NCBI GenBank assembly: GCA_040390725.1
Contig: JAZJXT010000005.1
Span: 13,301-77,300 of the forward strand
Origin: Patescibacteria group bacterium
Lineage (GTDB): Bacteria; Patescibacteriota; Minisyncoccia; Phycocordibacterales; UBA9973
Reading direction: 5' to 3'
Length of the DNA stretch: 64,000 bases
In this document: positions 28,365-36,234 of the stretch, in pieces
Layout: every line of letters begins with the position of its first letter
Position numbering within the stretch: position 1 is the first letter of the stretch
Translations under genes and position numbers: made by a program
Notes under the pieces: generated by a model
Seen by the model: only the letters and a program-made list of their open reading frames with translations
What the model was told of the DNA's origin: nothing
Databases searched by the model: none

Positions 28365-28733
28365 ATGCCTGAAGGAATAAATAGAGAAGGAGATAATAAA
28401 ATGACTCCACAGAAGATGTTGGAGGAAATTAAAAAAACTTACCCAACTTCACGTCTTTTCTTGCAGGAGATAATAGATGCAGGAGATAGAAATTGGGGAA
28501 CAAGTAAAGATCCAAACGATGTACGTAGTATCGTCGTTGAACTAGCTCAACATCATAGATCAATTAAAAGTGGTCAATATACATTTGATATAAAGGATCA
28601 AGAAGAAAAAGAAAAAAAGATGTACGAAAGAGGATTATGGTTAGCTAGCTTGGTAGGAGCCGTATATCACGGTGAATTAACTATGATTAGTAAAGATGGA
28701 AAATTGCTCTCAACACCGGAATCTTTTAAATAA
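28365..28733 (+). CDS. Hypothetical protein (ORFan)
   Basis: 122-aa ORF directly behind the poly-G promoter. Confidence 0.65.
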   Translation: MPEGINREGDNKMTPQKMLEEIKKTYPTSRLFLQEIIDAGDRNWGTSKDPNDVRSIVVELAQHHRSIKSGQYTFDIKDQEEKEKKMYERGLWLASLVGAVYHGELTMISKDGKLLSTPESFK

Positions 28734-28886
28734 AGTTTAAAAAAATATTTTGTTTAATATCTTTTTTTATTTCCCAAAATCAAATTTGTGTGCTATTGTG
28801 TATTTACAACTTCATATATACCCCTAAGCGTAAAGCAAGGGGAATTTTAGGTTTTTAATGGAGGTGGTTTGTGTGTTGAGGCATTA

Positions 28887-28981
28887 ATTCTCCTCTTGAG
28901 GAGTACCCCGACAGCAGTCGGGGGGAGGTGGAGAATTTATCCACCCCGTCTCGCAAGCGAGCCACCCCTCAAGAGGGGAAT
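28887..28981. repeat. Composite REP-like palindromic element upstream of uvrA
   Basis: Ends ATTCTCCTCTTGAGGAG / CCCCTCAAGAGGGGAAT; inner hairpins CCCCGAC-AGCA-GTCGGGG and CTCGC-AA-GCGAG. Confidence 0.75.
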
Positions 28982-28989
28982 AAAATTTT

Positions 28990-31602
28990 ATGCAAAAAAA
29001 TAAACCAACAACTGAAGGTAGCATTATAGTCAAAGGCGCGCGGACGCATAATTTGAAAAATGTGACGGTGGAAATGCCTCGCGGGAAAATGATAGTTTTT
29101 ACCGGTCTTTCGGGGTCGGGGAAAAGCTCGCTGGCTTTTGATACTATTTTCGCCGAAGGGCAGAGGAGATATGTTGAATCTCTTTCTTCTTATGCGCGCC
29201 AATTTTTAAAACAAATGGCAAAGCCGGATGTGGATGAGATAGAAGGTTTGAGTCCCGCGATTTCTATCGACCAAAAATCCCGCTCGAATAATCCGCGTTC
29301 GACAGTGGCGACTATCACGGAAATTTATGATTATCTGCGTGTCCTTTATGCGCGCGTGGGGCGTCCGCATTGTTTAGTGTGCGGAGATGAAATAAAAAAA
29401 CTTTCCAATGAAGAAATTATAAAATTCGTGATGGACAAGGTGCAAGAGGTCGCACCTCCAAGAGGAGGAACGACCTCTAAAAATACAAGAAAAGTAATGG
29501 GCGTAGAATGGAACGAAACCCCGATACAAATTTTTGCGCCGGTAGTGCGAGGCAGAAAAGGGGAATATTATCAATTGCTTTATGACTTGCTTGGTAAAGG
29601 TTATGCCAAAGTCCGCGTGGATGGCGTGATGAAAATTTTGCGCGAACGCATTGATTTATCAAAAACAAAAAAGCATGACATTGATGTTTTGGTGGATGAA
29701 TTTTCCGCGCACGAATTCGCCGGTAAAGATATAAAAGATGTGGAATTACGATTAGCAGAATCAGTTGAGCGAGCATTATTAGAATCAGATGGTTTGGTAA
29801 AAATAATAATAAATAAAGAAGAAACTTTATTATCTGCAAAATTTTCTTGCCCGAAAGACGGTTTTTCTTTTCCGGAAATAGAACCACGACTTTTTTCTTT
29901 TAATTCTCCGCATGGAGCTTGTCCTGTTTGTCACGGCCTCGGCACCAAGCATATGTTTGGCGATGATGCTTGCGATGAATGCCAAGGAAAAAGATTGCGC
30001 CCGGAAGCATTGAAAGTATTTTTGTCAGATAAAGAAACCAGCATTGTGGATTTCACCGCAATGTCTATCGAAGACGCAGTAGCATTTTTTAATAAATTAA
30101 AATTAACGGCGCAAGAAAAAGAAATTTCCGCGGTATTATTACGCGAGATTTCTTCGCGTTTGGAATTTCTTTTAAATGTCGGTTTGGAATATTTATCGCT
30201 CGACAGGCGCGCGAATACTTTGTCCGGTGGGGAAGCACAAAGAATTCGCCTCGCTTCACAGCTCGGCTCCCGGCTCGTCGGTGCATTATATGTTTTGGAC
30301 GAGCCGACGATAGGCTTGCACCAAAGAGACAATGAAAAACTTATTAAAACGCTTACAGATTTGCGTGATTTAGGGAATACGATAATAGTCGTCGAGCATG
30401 ATGAAGACACTATTTATTCTTCGGATTATATTGTGGATATCGGTCCGAAAGCCGGCGTGCATGGCGGAGAAATTATAGTTGCGGATTATTTAGATAAACT
30501 TTTAACCGCGCCAAAAAATACTTCAAAGTCTCGCACCTTGGCATACTTGAGAGAAGAAACGAGAATTGAAATTCCAGAAAAAAGACGCGAGGCAGAAAAA
30601 GGCAGTATAAAAATAGTTGGTGGGAAAATTTTCAGTATTAAAAATTTGAATGCGGAAATTCCACTTGGCAGATTAGTTTCCATTACCGGTGTTTCTGGTT
30701 CAGGTAAGAGCTCTTTTATGTATGAGATTTTGCACAAGAATTTGCAAGCAAGATTCGAAAGGAAATATCGGAGCGCTCAAGTTTTTAATTGCTCATCTTT
30801 TTCAGGGAGCGAATATTTACAAAGAGCGGTGCTAATAGACCAAAGTCCGATAGGCCGGACACCTCGTTCGAATATAGCTACATATACCGGATCATTTACT
30901 TTCATTCGTGATTTATTCGCTGAGACGGAGGAAGCGCGTTTCCGTGGGTGGAAGTCCAATAGATTTTCTTTCAATGTCAAAGGCGGACGATGCGAAGCTT
31001 GTGAAGGCAATGGTGAGATAGCTGTGGAAATGCATTTCTTACCTACCGTGTATGTCACTTGCGATGTGTGCAATGGCAAGCGTTTCGATAAAGAAACTTT
31101 GAAAGTAAAATATAAAAAGAAAAATATTTATGAAGTTTTGCAAATGACTGTGGAGGAAGGTTTGAAATTTTTCGATGAAATTCCTGCTATTTCTGATAGA
31201 TTAAAAAGTTTAGCTGATGTTGGTTTAACTTATGTAAAATTGGGGCAAAGTGCTACTACACTTTCCGGCGGGGAAGCTCAACGTGTGAAAATATCCAGCG
31301 AGCTTTTCAGGCCGTATTTGGAAAAGACAATTTATTTACTCGACGAGCCGACTGTCGGGCTTCATTATGATGATGTGCAGAATTTGATAAATGTTTTGGA
31401 AAAATTGGTGCACAAAGGGCACAGTGTCGTAGTCATCGAACACAATATGGACCTCATAAAATGTTCTGACTACATCTTAGACTTTGGTCCCGAAGGAGGC
31501 GACAAGGGTGGAATGTTGATAGCCAAAGGCACACCGGAAGAAATAGCGAATCATCCGAAATCTCATACTGGAAAATATTTAAAGAAAGTGTTGAGGAAAT
31601 AA
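28990..31602 (+). CDS. uvrA: Excinuclease ABC subunit A
   Basis: GARTHNLK, GLSGSGKSS, two LSGGEAQR signatures, Zn fingers. Confidence 0.98.
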   Translation: MQKNKPTTEGSIIVKGARTHNLKNVTVEMPRGKMIVFTGLSGSGKSSLAFDTIFAEGQRRYVESLSSYARQFLKQMAKPDVDEIEGLSPAISIDQKSRSNNPRSTVATITEIYDYLRVLYARVGRPHCLVCGDEIKKLSNEEIIKFVMDKVQEVAPPRGGTTSKNTRKVMGVEWNETPIQIFAPVVRGRKGEYYQLLYDLLGKGYAKVRVDGVMKILRERIDLSKTKKHDIDVLVDEFSAHEFAGKDIKDVELRLAESVERALLESDGLVKIIINKEETLLSAKFSCPKDGFSFPEIEPRLFSFNSPHGACPVCHGLGTKHMFGDDACDECQGKRLRPEALKVFLSDKETSIVDFTAMSIEDAVAFFNKLKLTAQEKEISAVLLREISSRLEFLLNVGLEYLSLDRRANTLSGGEAQRIRLASQLGSRLVGALYVLDEPTIGLHQRDNEKLIKTLTDLRDLGNTIIVVEHDEDTIYSSDYIVDIGPKAGVHGGEIIVADYLDKLLTAPKNTSKSRTLAYLREETRIEIPEKRREAEKGSIKIVGGKIFSIKNLNAEIPLGRLVSITGVSGSGKSSFMYEILHKNLQARFERKYRSAQVFNCSSFSGSEYLQRAVLIDQSPIGRTPRSNIATYTGSFTFIRDLFAETEEARFRGWKSNRFSFNVKGGRCEACEGNGEIAVEMHFLPTVYVTCDVCNGKRFDKETLKVKYKKKNIYEVLQMTVEEGLKFFDEIPAISDRLKSLADVGLTYVKLGQSATTLSGGEAQRVKISSELFRPYLEKTIYLLDEPTVGLHYDDVQNLINVLEKLVHKGHSVVVIEHNMDLIKCSDYILDFGPEGGDKGGMLIAKGTPEEIANHPKSHTGKYLKKVLRK

Positions 31603-31627
31603 AAAAGCAGGTGGTGTTCCTGCTTTT
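31601..31627. terminator. Terminator between convergent genes
   Basis: AAAAGCAGG...CCTGCTTTT. Confidence 0.65.
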
Positions 31628-31638
31628 GTAAATAAAGT

Positions 31639-32022
31639 TTAATGCCAAGTTTGAATGAAGAATTTATAACTTAAATTTTTTTCTAAAATTTCTTTTGTAA
31701 ATTCTCTGTTTCCTTCTTCACCATAGTCAATACTATCTTCAGAGATAAACACGGAATCTTTTTGTTTCTTTAGTCTACCACCACCATATTTTCTGATTAA
31801 GCTAATAGCTGCTGCCTGGTCTATTGAAAATTTTTCTTTCAACTCTTTAAGAAAGTTATAAAAAATTTCAGCATGACTATCATCATCAGCGTATGTTTTG
31901 CCAATTCTAATAACTGAATGTTTTTGTTTTTTAAACTTCAAATCGAATCTTAAGAATTTACTTCCCCTGTCATTTATATTTGATGGCAGGAAATTAGTCT
32001 GAGGAACAATTGTTAAATCCAT
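31639..32022 (-). CDS. Janus/Ocnus (PHPT1 phosphohistidine phosphatase)-like protein
   Basis: Ordered motifs G-x-KF, IR, HAEIF, GGGR, SIDYG match the PHPT1 pattern KY, VR, HADIY, GGGR, SMAYG; 127 aa. Confidence 0.6.
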   Translation of the reverse strand: MDLTIVPQTNFLPSNINDRGSKFLRFDLKFKKQKHSVIRIGKTYADDDSHAEIFYNFLKELKEKFSIDQAAAISLIRKYGGGRLKKQKDSVFISEDSIDYGEEGNREFTKEILEKNLSYKFFIQTWH

Positions 32023-32075
32023 AGTAGTTTCTTTTTTAATTGTGGAACATTTAGATATATGATACTATATAGCCT

Positions 32076-33347
32076 ATGCAAAGTCAAGCGTTAAAAAATT
32101 ATAAGTTGCCGGACAAACCGGGAGTTTATTTTTTTATGGGTTCAAAGCCACGAACAAAAACCTCACCCCCGACCCCTCTCCATTTTAAAGAAATGGAGAG
32201 GGGAGGAATGCCGAAGGCAGGAGGGGTGAGGGAAGAAATTCTCTATATCGGCAAAGCGACAAGTTTGAAAGACAGGGTAAAGAGTTACTTTGGTAAAGAT
32301 TTATTTAATACTCGTGGGCCGTTGATTGTGGATATGGTAACGAAAACCACAAGTTTAAAATGGCAGGAAACTGACTCAGTTTTGGAAGCGCTTATTTTGG
32401 AAGCGAATTTAATTAAAAAACATCAGCCATATTACAATACAAAAGAAAAAGATGATAAAAGTTTTAATTATGTTTGCATAACACGTGATAAAAAAATTAT
32501 GTTTGTGCGCGGAAAAGTACTAGATATAAAAAAATATAATTCTGTTTTCGGACCTTTTCCATCTGGTAGTCAACTTAAAGATGCTATGAAAATTGTGCGT
32601 CGAATTTTCCCATATATTGAAGAGAGAAGGGGTGCAAAAGGCAAAGAAGAATTTTATAAACAAATAAAGCTTTTCCCATTAGATTCAAAAGAAAATACAA
32701 ATAACATTAAAAACATAAAACTATTTTTTGAGGGCAAGAAACAAAAAGTAGTAAAGAACTTAGAAAAAGAAATGAAGATGCTTGCGCATGAGCATGAATT
32801 TGAACAGGCAAATGAAATAAAGAAACAGCTATTTGCATTAAAGCACATCAATGATGTTGCATTAATAAAAGGAGATTCTTTTGGAGGCTCAACCTCCAAA
32901 AATTTCAGAATTGAAGCTTATGATATAGCTCATATGTCAGGACAAAATATGGTGGGTGTGATGACGGTTTTGGAAGATGGCGAAGTAAATAAAAATGAAT
33001 ATAGAAAATTCAAGATAAAAAATTATGATAGTGCGAATGACACCGGAGCATTGTTGGAAGTTTTAGAAAGACGTTTTAATCATTCCGAGTGGCAATATCC
33101 GAAATTAATTGTGATAGACGGAGGCAAGGCACAGCTGAATGTAATTAAAAAATTCCAAGCTCGCGTCGGGTTCGCTATTCCGTCAGTGGCGGTAGTGAAA
33201 GATGAAAGGCATAAAGCTAAAGGCATTTTGGGTGACAAAGAAACTATAAAAAAGTTCGAAAAAAGCATTTTACTAGCAAATGCCGAAGCGCATAGGTTTG
33301 CTATCAAATATCACATAAAAACACGCAAAAATAGCTTTTTGGGGTAG
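32076..33347 (+). CDS. uvrC: Excinuclease ABC subunit C (compact form)
   Basis: GIY-YIG (PGVY...LYIGKA, LEANLIKKHQPYYN), UVR motif, RNase H-like IEAYDIAH, IDGGKAQ, EAHRFA. Confidence 0.92.
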   Translation: MQSQALKNYKLPDKPGVYFFMGSKPRTKTSPPTPLHFKEMERGGMPKAGGVREEILYIGKATSLKDRVKSYFGKDLFNTRGPLIVDMVTKTTSLKWQETDSVLEALILEANLIKKHQPYYNTKEKDDKSFNYVCITRDKKIMFVRGKVLDIKKYNSVFGPFPSGSQLKDAMKIVRRIFPYIEERRGAKGKEEFYKQIKLFPLDSKENTNNIKNIKLFFEGKKQKVVKNLEKEMKMLAHEHEFEQANEIKKQLFALKHINDVALIKGDSFGGSTSKNFRIEAYDIAHMSGQNMVGVMTVLEDGEVNKNEYRKFKIKNYDSANDTGALLEVLERRFNHSEWQYPKLIVIDGGKAQLNVIKKFQARVGFAIPSVAVVKDERHKAKGILGDKETIKKFEKSILLANAEAHRFAIKYHIKTRKNSFLG

Positions 33348-33460
33348 GTGTGCATAAGTTATTTGCAGTATCTTTAGTTCAAATGCTATAATATAAGGGT
33401 CGATTTATTAATGTTATTTAATTAAATAAATCATATGCTTGGAGCACACTAATTTCGATA

Positions 33461-33506
33461 AAACTAAAAAGACAGTTTGGAGCGATCTCGACTGTCTTTT
33501 TAGTTT
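33461..33506 (+). terminator. Intrinsic terminator in the leader of the ATP-grasp gene
   Basis: AAACTAAAAAGACAGT...ACTGTCTTTTTAGTTT. Confidence 0.75.
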
Positions 33507-33521
33507 CTTATCGCTTTATTT

Positions 33522-34718
33522 ATGACTAAAAAAGATAAAAAAATATGCAGTGCTTGTGGGGCTGCTCCGGTAAATCATAATGTTCTCTTTGCATCACAGC
33601 TTATTAATGAAACAATAGGTAAAACTTTTGACATTATATTTTCTTTTTTTTCAGCTGGGAAATATCCACCACTCGCGAATTTTGTGGAAAAAATTTTACT
33701 TACATCTTCTCATTTTTTAGGAATTGTAAAATATGACGATGATATAGAGAAATCTTTAAATGGACGTTCGAAACTTATTTGGGAAGAAGCCAGACGCCGA
33801 GGCATAGATATGAAGCAAATTATTGTTTTTGGAAAACCCGTTGATCAATACAAAGCGATAATCAACGGACAAACTATTTTTTTTCAAAGCATACCTGTTC
33901 CTCTTTGGATATCTCAAGAGGGGTATGATTGGATTGATGATAAATTTATTTTTGCAAAAAAATTTAGAGATGCAGGCATTCCAACTCCGGCAACAAAAAA
34001 AGTTACTTCACTTAAAAATGCTATTTCTGCATTTGAAAGTTTACATAAGCCGATAATTATAAAACCAAAATCAGGCTCGCGAGCCAGACATACTACTACA
34101 AATATAAATACTAAAGAAGAAATGAAAAAAGCTTTTCTCCTCGCCAATGAGATAACTCCTTCAATGGTCGCTCAGGAGCATCTTTTTGGTTCCGTTTATC
34201 GGGCTACTGTTGTAGATAATGTTTTGGTTGGATTTTTTAGAGGTGATCTGCCGGAAGTTATTGGTGACGGTAAAAAAAGTATTCAAGAATTAATTTTAGA
34301 AAAAAATAAAAATCGCCACGAAAGAGTATCTCTAATTTTAATAAACAATGAGCTTTTGTCTTTTATTCAAAGACAAGGATATGCTCTTGAGAGTATCATA
34401 CCCATGGGCGTGAAAGTAAATATTTCAGCAAAGACCGGAAGGCTTTATGGTAGCTATACTAAGGAAATGCTTCCGGAGGTTCATCCAAAAATGTATAAAA
34501 TTTTCGAGAAGGCCGGCCGGCTCGCTTCTATTCCTGTCGCGGGTTTTGATTTGATAATAGAAGATCCGACAAAAGACCCTGATACTCAACACTGGGGAAT
34601 TATTGAATGTAATTCTTTGCCTTTTATTGATTTGCATTATTTTGCATTGGAAGGCGAGCCGATAAATGTCGCCAAGCATGTTTGGGATTTGTGGGATAAA
34701 AAGTTGTATAATAAGTAG
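33522..34718 (+). CDS. ATP-grasp ligase resembling the cyanophycin synthetase/GshAB ATP-grasp domain
   Basis: DDK...GIPTP, IIKPKSGS, VIGDGKKSIQELI, AGFDLII, IIECNSLP. Confidence 0.78.
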   Translation: MTKKDKKICSACGAAPVNHNVLFASQLINETIGKTFDIIFSFFSAGKYPPLANFVEKILLTSSHFLGIVKYDDDIEKSLNGRSKLIWEEARRRGIDMKQIIVFGKPVDQYKAIINGQTIFFQSIPVPLWISQEGYDWIDDKFIFAKKFRDAGIPTPATKKVTSLKNAISAFESLHKPIIIKPKSGSRARHTTTNINTKEEMKKAFLLANEITPSMVAQEHLFGSVYRATVVDNVLVGFFRGDLPEVIGDGKKSIQELILEKNKNRHERVSLILINNELLSFIQRQGYALESIIPMGVKVNISAKTGRLYGSYTKEMLPEVHPKMYKIFEKAGRLASIPVAGFDLIIEDPTKDPDTQHWGIIECNSLPFIDLHYFALEGEPINVAKHVWDLWDKKLYNK

Positions 34719-35612
34719 ATGTTAAAAGTAGGTGTATTAAGGGGTGGAAATATTGATGATTATTCATCCTCTTTAGAAAGAGGCAGTTTGTTCATGTCCC
34801 TTATTTTAGATAGTCTTTCTAGCAAATTTAAACCAATTGATATATTGGTGGACAGAGAAGGTGTATGGCATTTAGGTGGGGTGCCGATAATACCGGCTGA
34901 TTTGATAAATAAAGTTGATGTTGTTTGGAATACTTCGCATCCAAGTTTTTCACAAGTATTAGAAAATTTATCTATTCCAAATATAGGGATGAATTCTTTT
35001 TCAAGTGGAATATCAGAGAGCAAGGAGATGCTCTCACGGCATGTGAAGATTATCGGCGTACAAATGCCTAGACGTATTATTTTACCGTCATATCAAGAAG
35101 ACATGGATGGGTCGCGAGAAAAATATGCGGAAAGAAAAGCCAGAGATGTTTTTGAAAAATTTTCTTCACCATGGATAGTACGCACTCTAACCAAAGATTT
35201 AAATGCCGGTATACACAATGCCAATACTTTTCCAGAACTCATCCGTGCAATTTATGATTTATCCAATCACGATAAAGGCATTTTGGTTGAAGAATTAATT
35301 CCTGGTAAAATCATATCGACTCATTCTGTTGCTGGATTTAGGGGGGAGGATATTTATACTTTTCCTGTTAATGGTATTTCTGCGAATGAAAAAGAAAAGT
35401 TAATTAGTATCACAAAAAATTTATATGATACCATGGGCGTGACAAATTATATAAAGGTTGATTTTGTCGTTAATCCGGGCAAGGGAATTTATTTTATGGA
35501 CGTTTCTTTTTTGCCTGAGTTAAATAAAGATTCAAATTTTTGTGAATCTTGCATGTCTGTCGGTGCAGGAGTGCACCATATTATTGATCATATGCTAACT
35601 TCAGCTTTATGA
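34719..35612 (+). CDS. Divergent D-Ala-D-Ala ligase-like protein
   Basis: KVGVLRGG...SL..G N-terminus and ILVEELIPG; catalytic motifs degenerate. Confidence 0.65.
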   Translation: MLKVGVLRGGNIDDYSSSLERGSLFMSLILDSLSSKFKPIDILVDREGVWHLGGVPIIPADLINKVDVVWNTSHPSFSQVLENLSIPNIGMNSFSSGISESKEMLSRHVKIIGVQMPRRIILPSYQEDMDGSREKYAERKARDVFEKFSSPWIVRTLTKDLNAGIHNANTFPELIRAIYDLSNHDKGILVEELIPGKIISTHSVAGFRGEDIYTFPVNGISANEKEKLISITKNLYDTMGVTNYIKVDFVVNPGKGIYFMDVSFLPELNKDSNFCESCMSVGAGVHHIIDHMLTSAL

Positions 35613-35646
35613 TATAATTAAATTTACAACTTAATAAATATATTTA

Positions 35647-35733
35647 AATTGTTTTTATCTGTAGCGGGTGATCGCACTCACATAGGCACATATGTTGGAG
35701 GTTAGCCATCACCCGCTTCAAATGAAAGCAATT
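35647..35733 (+). ncRNA. Candidate rod-shaped small RNA
   Basis: 29-nt arms AATTGTTTTTATCTGTAGCGGGTGATCGC / GCCATCACCCGCTTCAAATGAAAGCAATT; upstream TGATATAAT, downstream terminator. Confidence 0.45.
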
Positions 35734-35766
35734 AACCCCGCCATTATTTTGGCGGGGTTTTGTTTT
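35734..35766 (+). terminator. Intrinsic terminator
   Basis: AACCCCGCCA-TTATTT-TGGCGGGGTTTTGTTTT. Confidence 0.8.
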
Positions 35767-35913
35767 ATCCCGGTACTAAAATTTTAAAATATATTTTTAT
35801 GATTTACTAATTTTATTTTTTTAATTATTTATTTAGTAAATAAAAATTTTTTAGAAAAATTTAGTACGGGATCCTCAATTTTCTAATTTACTTCGTAAAA
35901 AGAAAATTGGGAG

Positions 35914-35922
35914 TTATCCACA
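35914..35922 (+). promoter_or_regulatory. Consensus DnaA box
   Basis: TTATCCACA in intergenic DNA. Confidence 0.6.
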
Positions 35923-36083
35923 GTTTTGCGAAAAAACTCTTGCGTTAAGTTTTATTATGCGGGATAATTAAGTTGTTCCTCGCAATAATTTTTTTAAAAT
36001 ATTTTTCTTAAATTAATTTTTAAAAAAATATTTTAGGTCGTCTTATTGCAAACTAAATTAAAAATTAATTTTAAAAAAATTTT

Positions 36084-36158
36084 ATGGCAGCAAAAAAGAA
36101 AGCAGCAAAAAAGACAACTAAGAAAGCAGCAAAAAAGACTACAAAGAAAAGAGCTTAG
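36084..36158 (+). CDS. 24-aa Lys/Ala-rich peptide MAAKKKAAKKTTKKAAKKTTKKRA
   Basis: ATG...TAG with repeated GCA/AAG codons, AT-rich upstream region, own terminator at 36166-36200. Confidence 0.7.
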   Translation: MAAKKKAAKKTTKKAAKKTTKKRA

Positions 36159-36165
36159 TCTTCTC

Positions 36166-36200
36166 AAAAAATCCCTGACGCGAGTCAGGGATTTTTTGTT
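36166..36200 (+). terminator. Intrinsic terminator
   Basis: AAAAAATCCCTGAC-GCGA-GTCAGGGATTTTTT. Confidence 0.88.
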
Positions 36201-36234
36201 TCATATTTTTATAAAAAATGCTAATATATTACTT

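Noticed and set aside
35767-36080. Replication origin (AT-rich DNA plus DnaA box)
   Set aside because: Only one perfect box, no dnaA/dnaN nearby, and gene orientation bias does not switch here
36046-36234. N-terminal extension of SecA in the ORF track
   Set aside because: It spans the 24-aa peptide gene in another frame and a terminator; SecA similarity starts at ATG 36235
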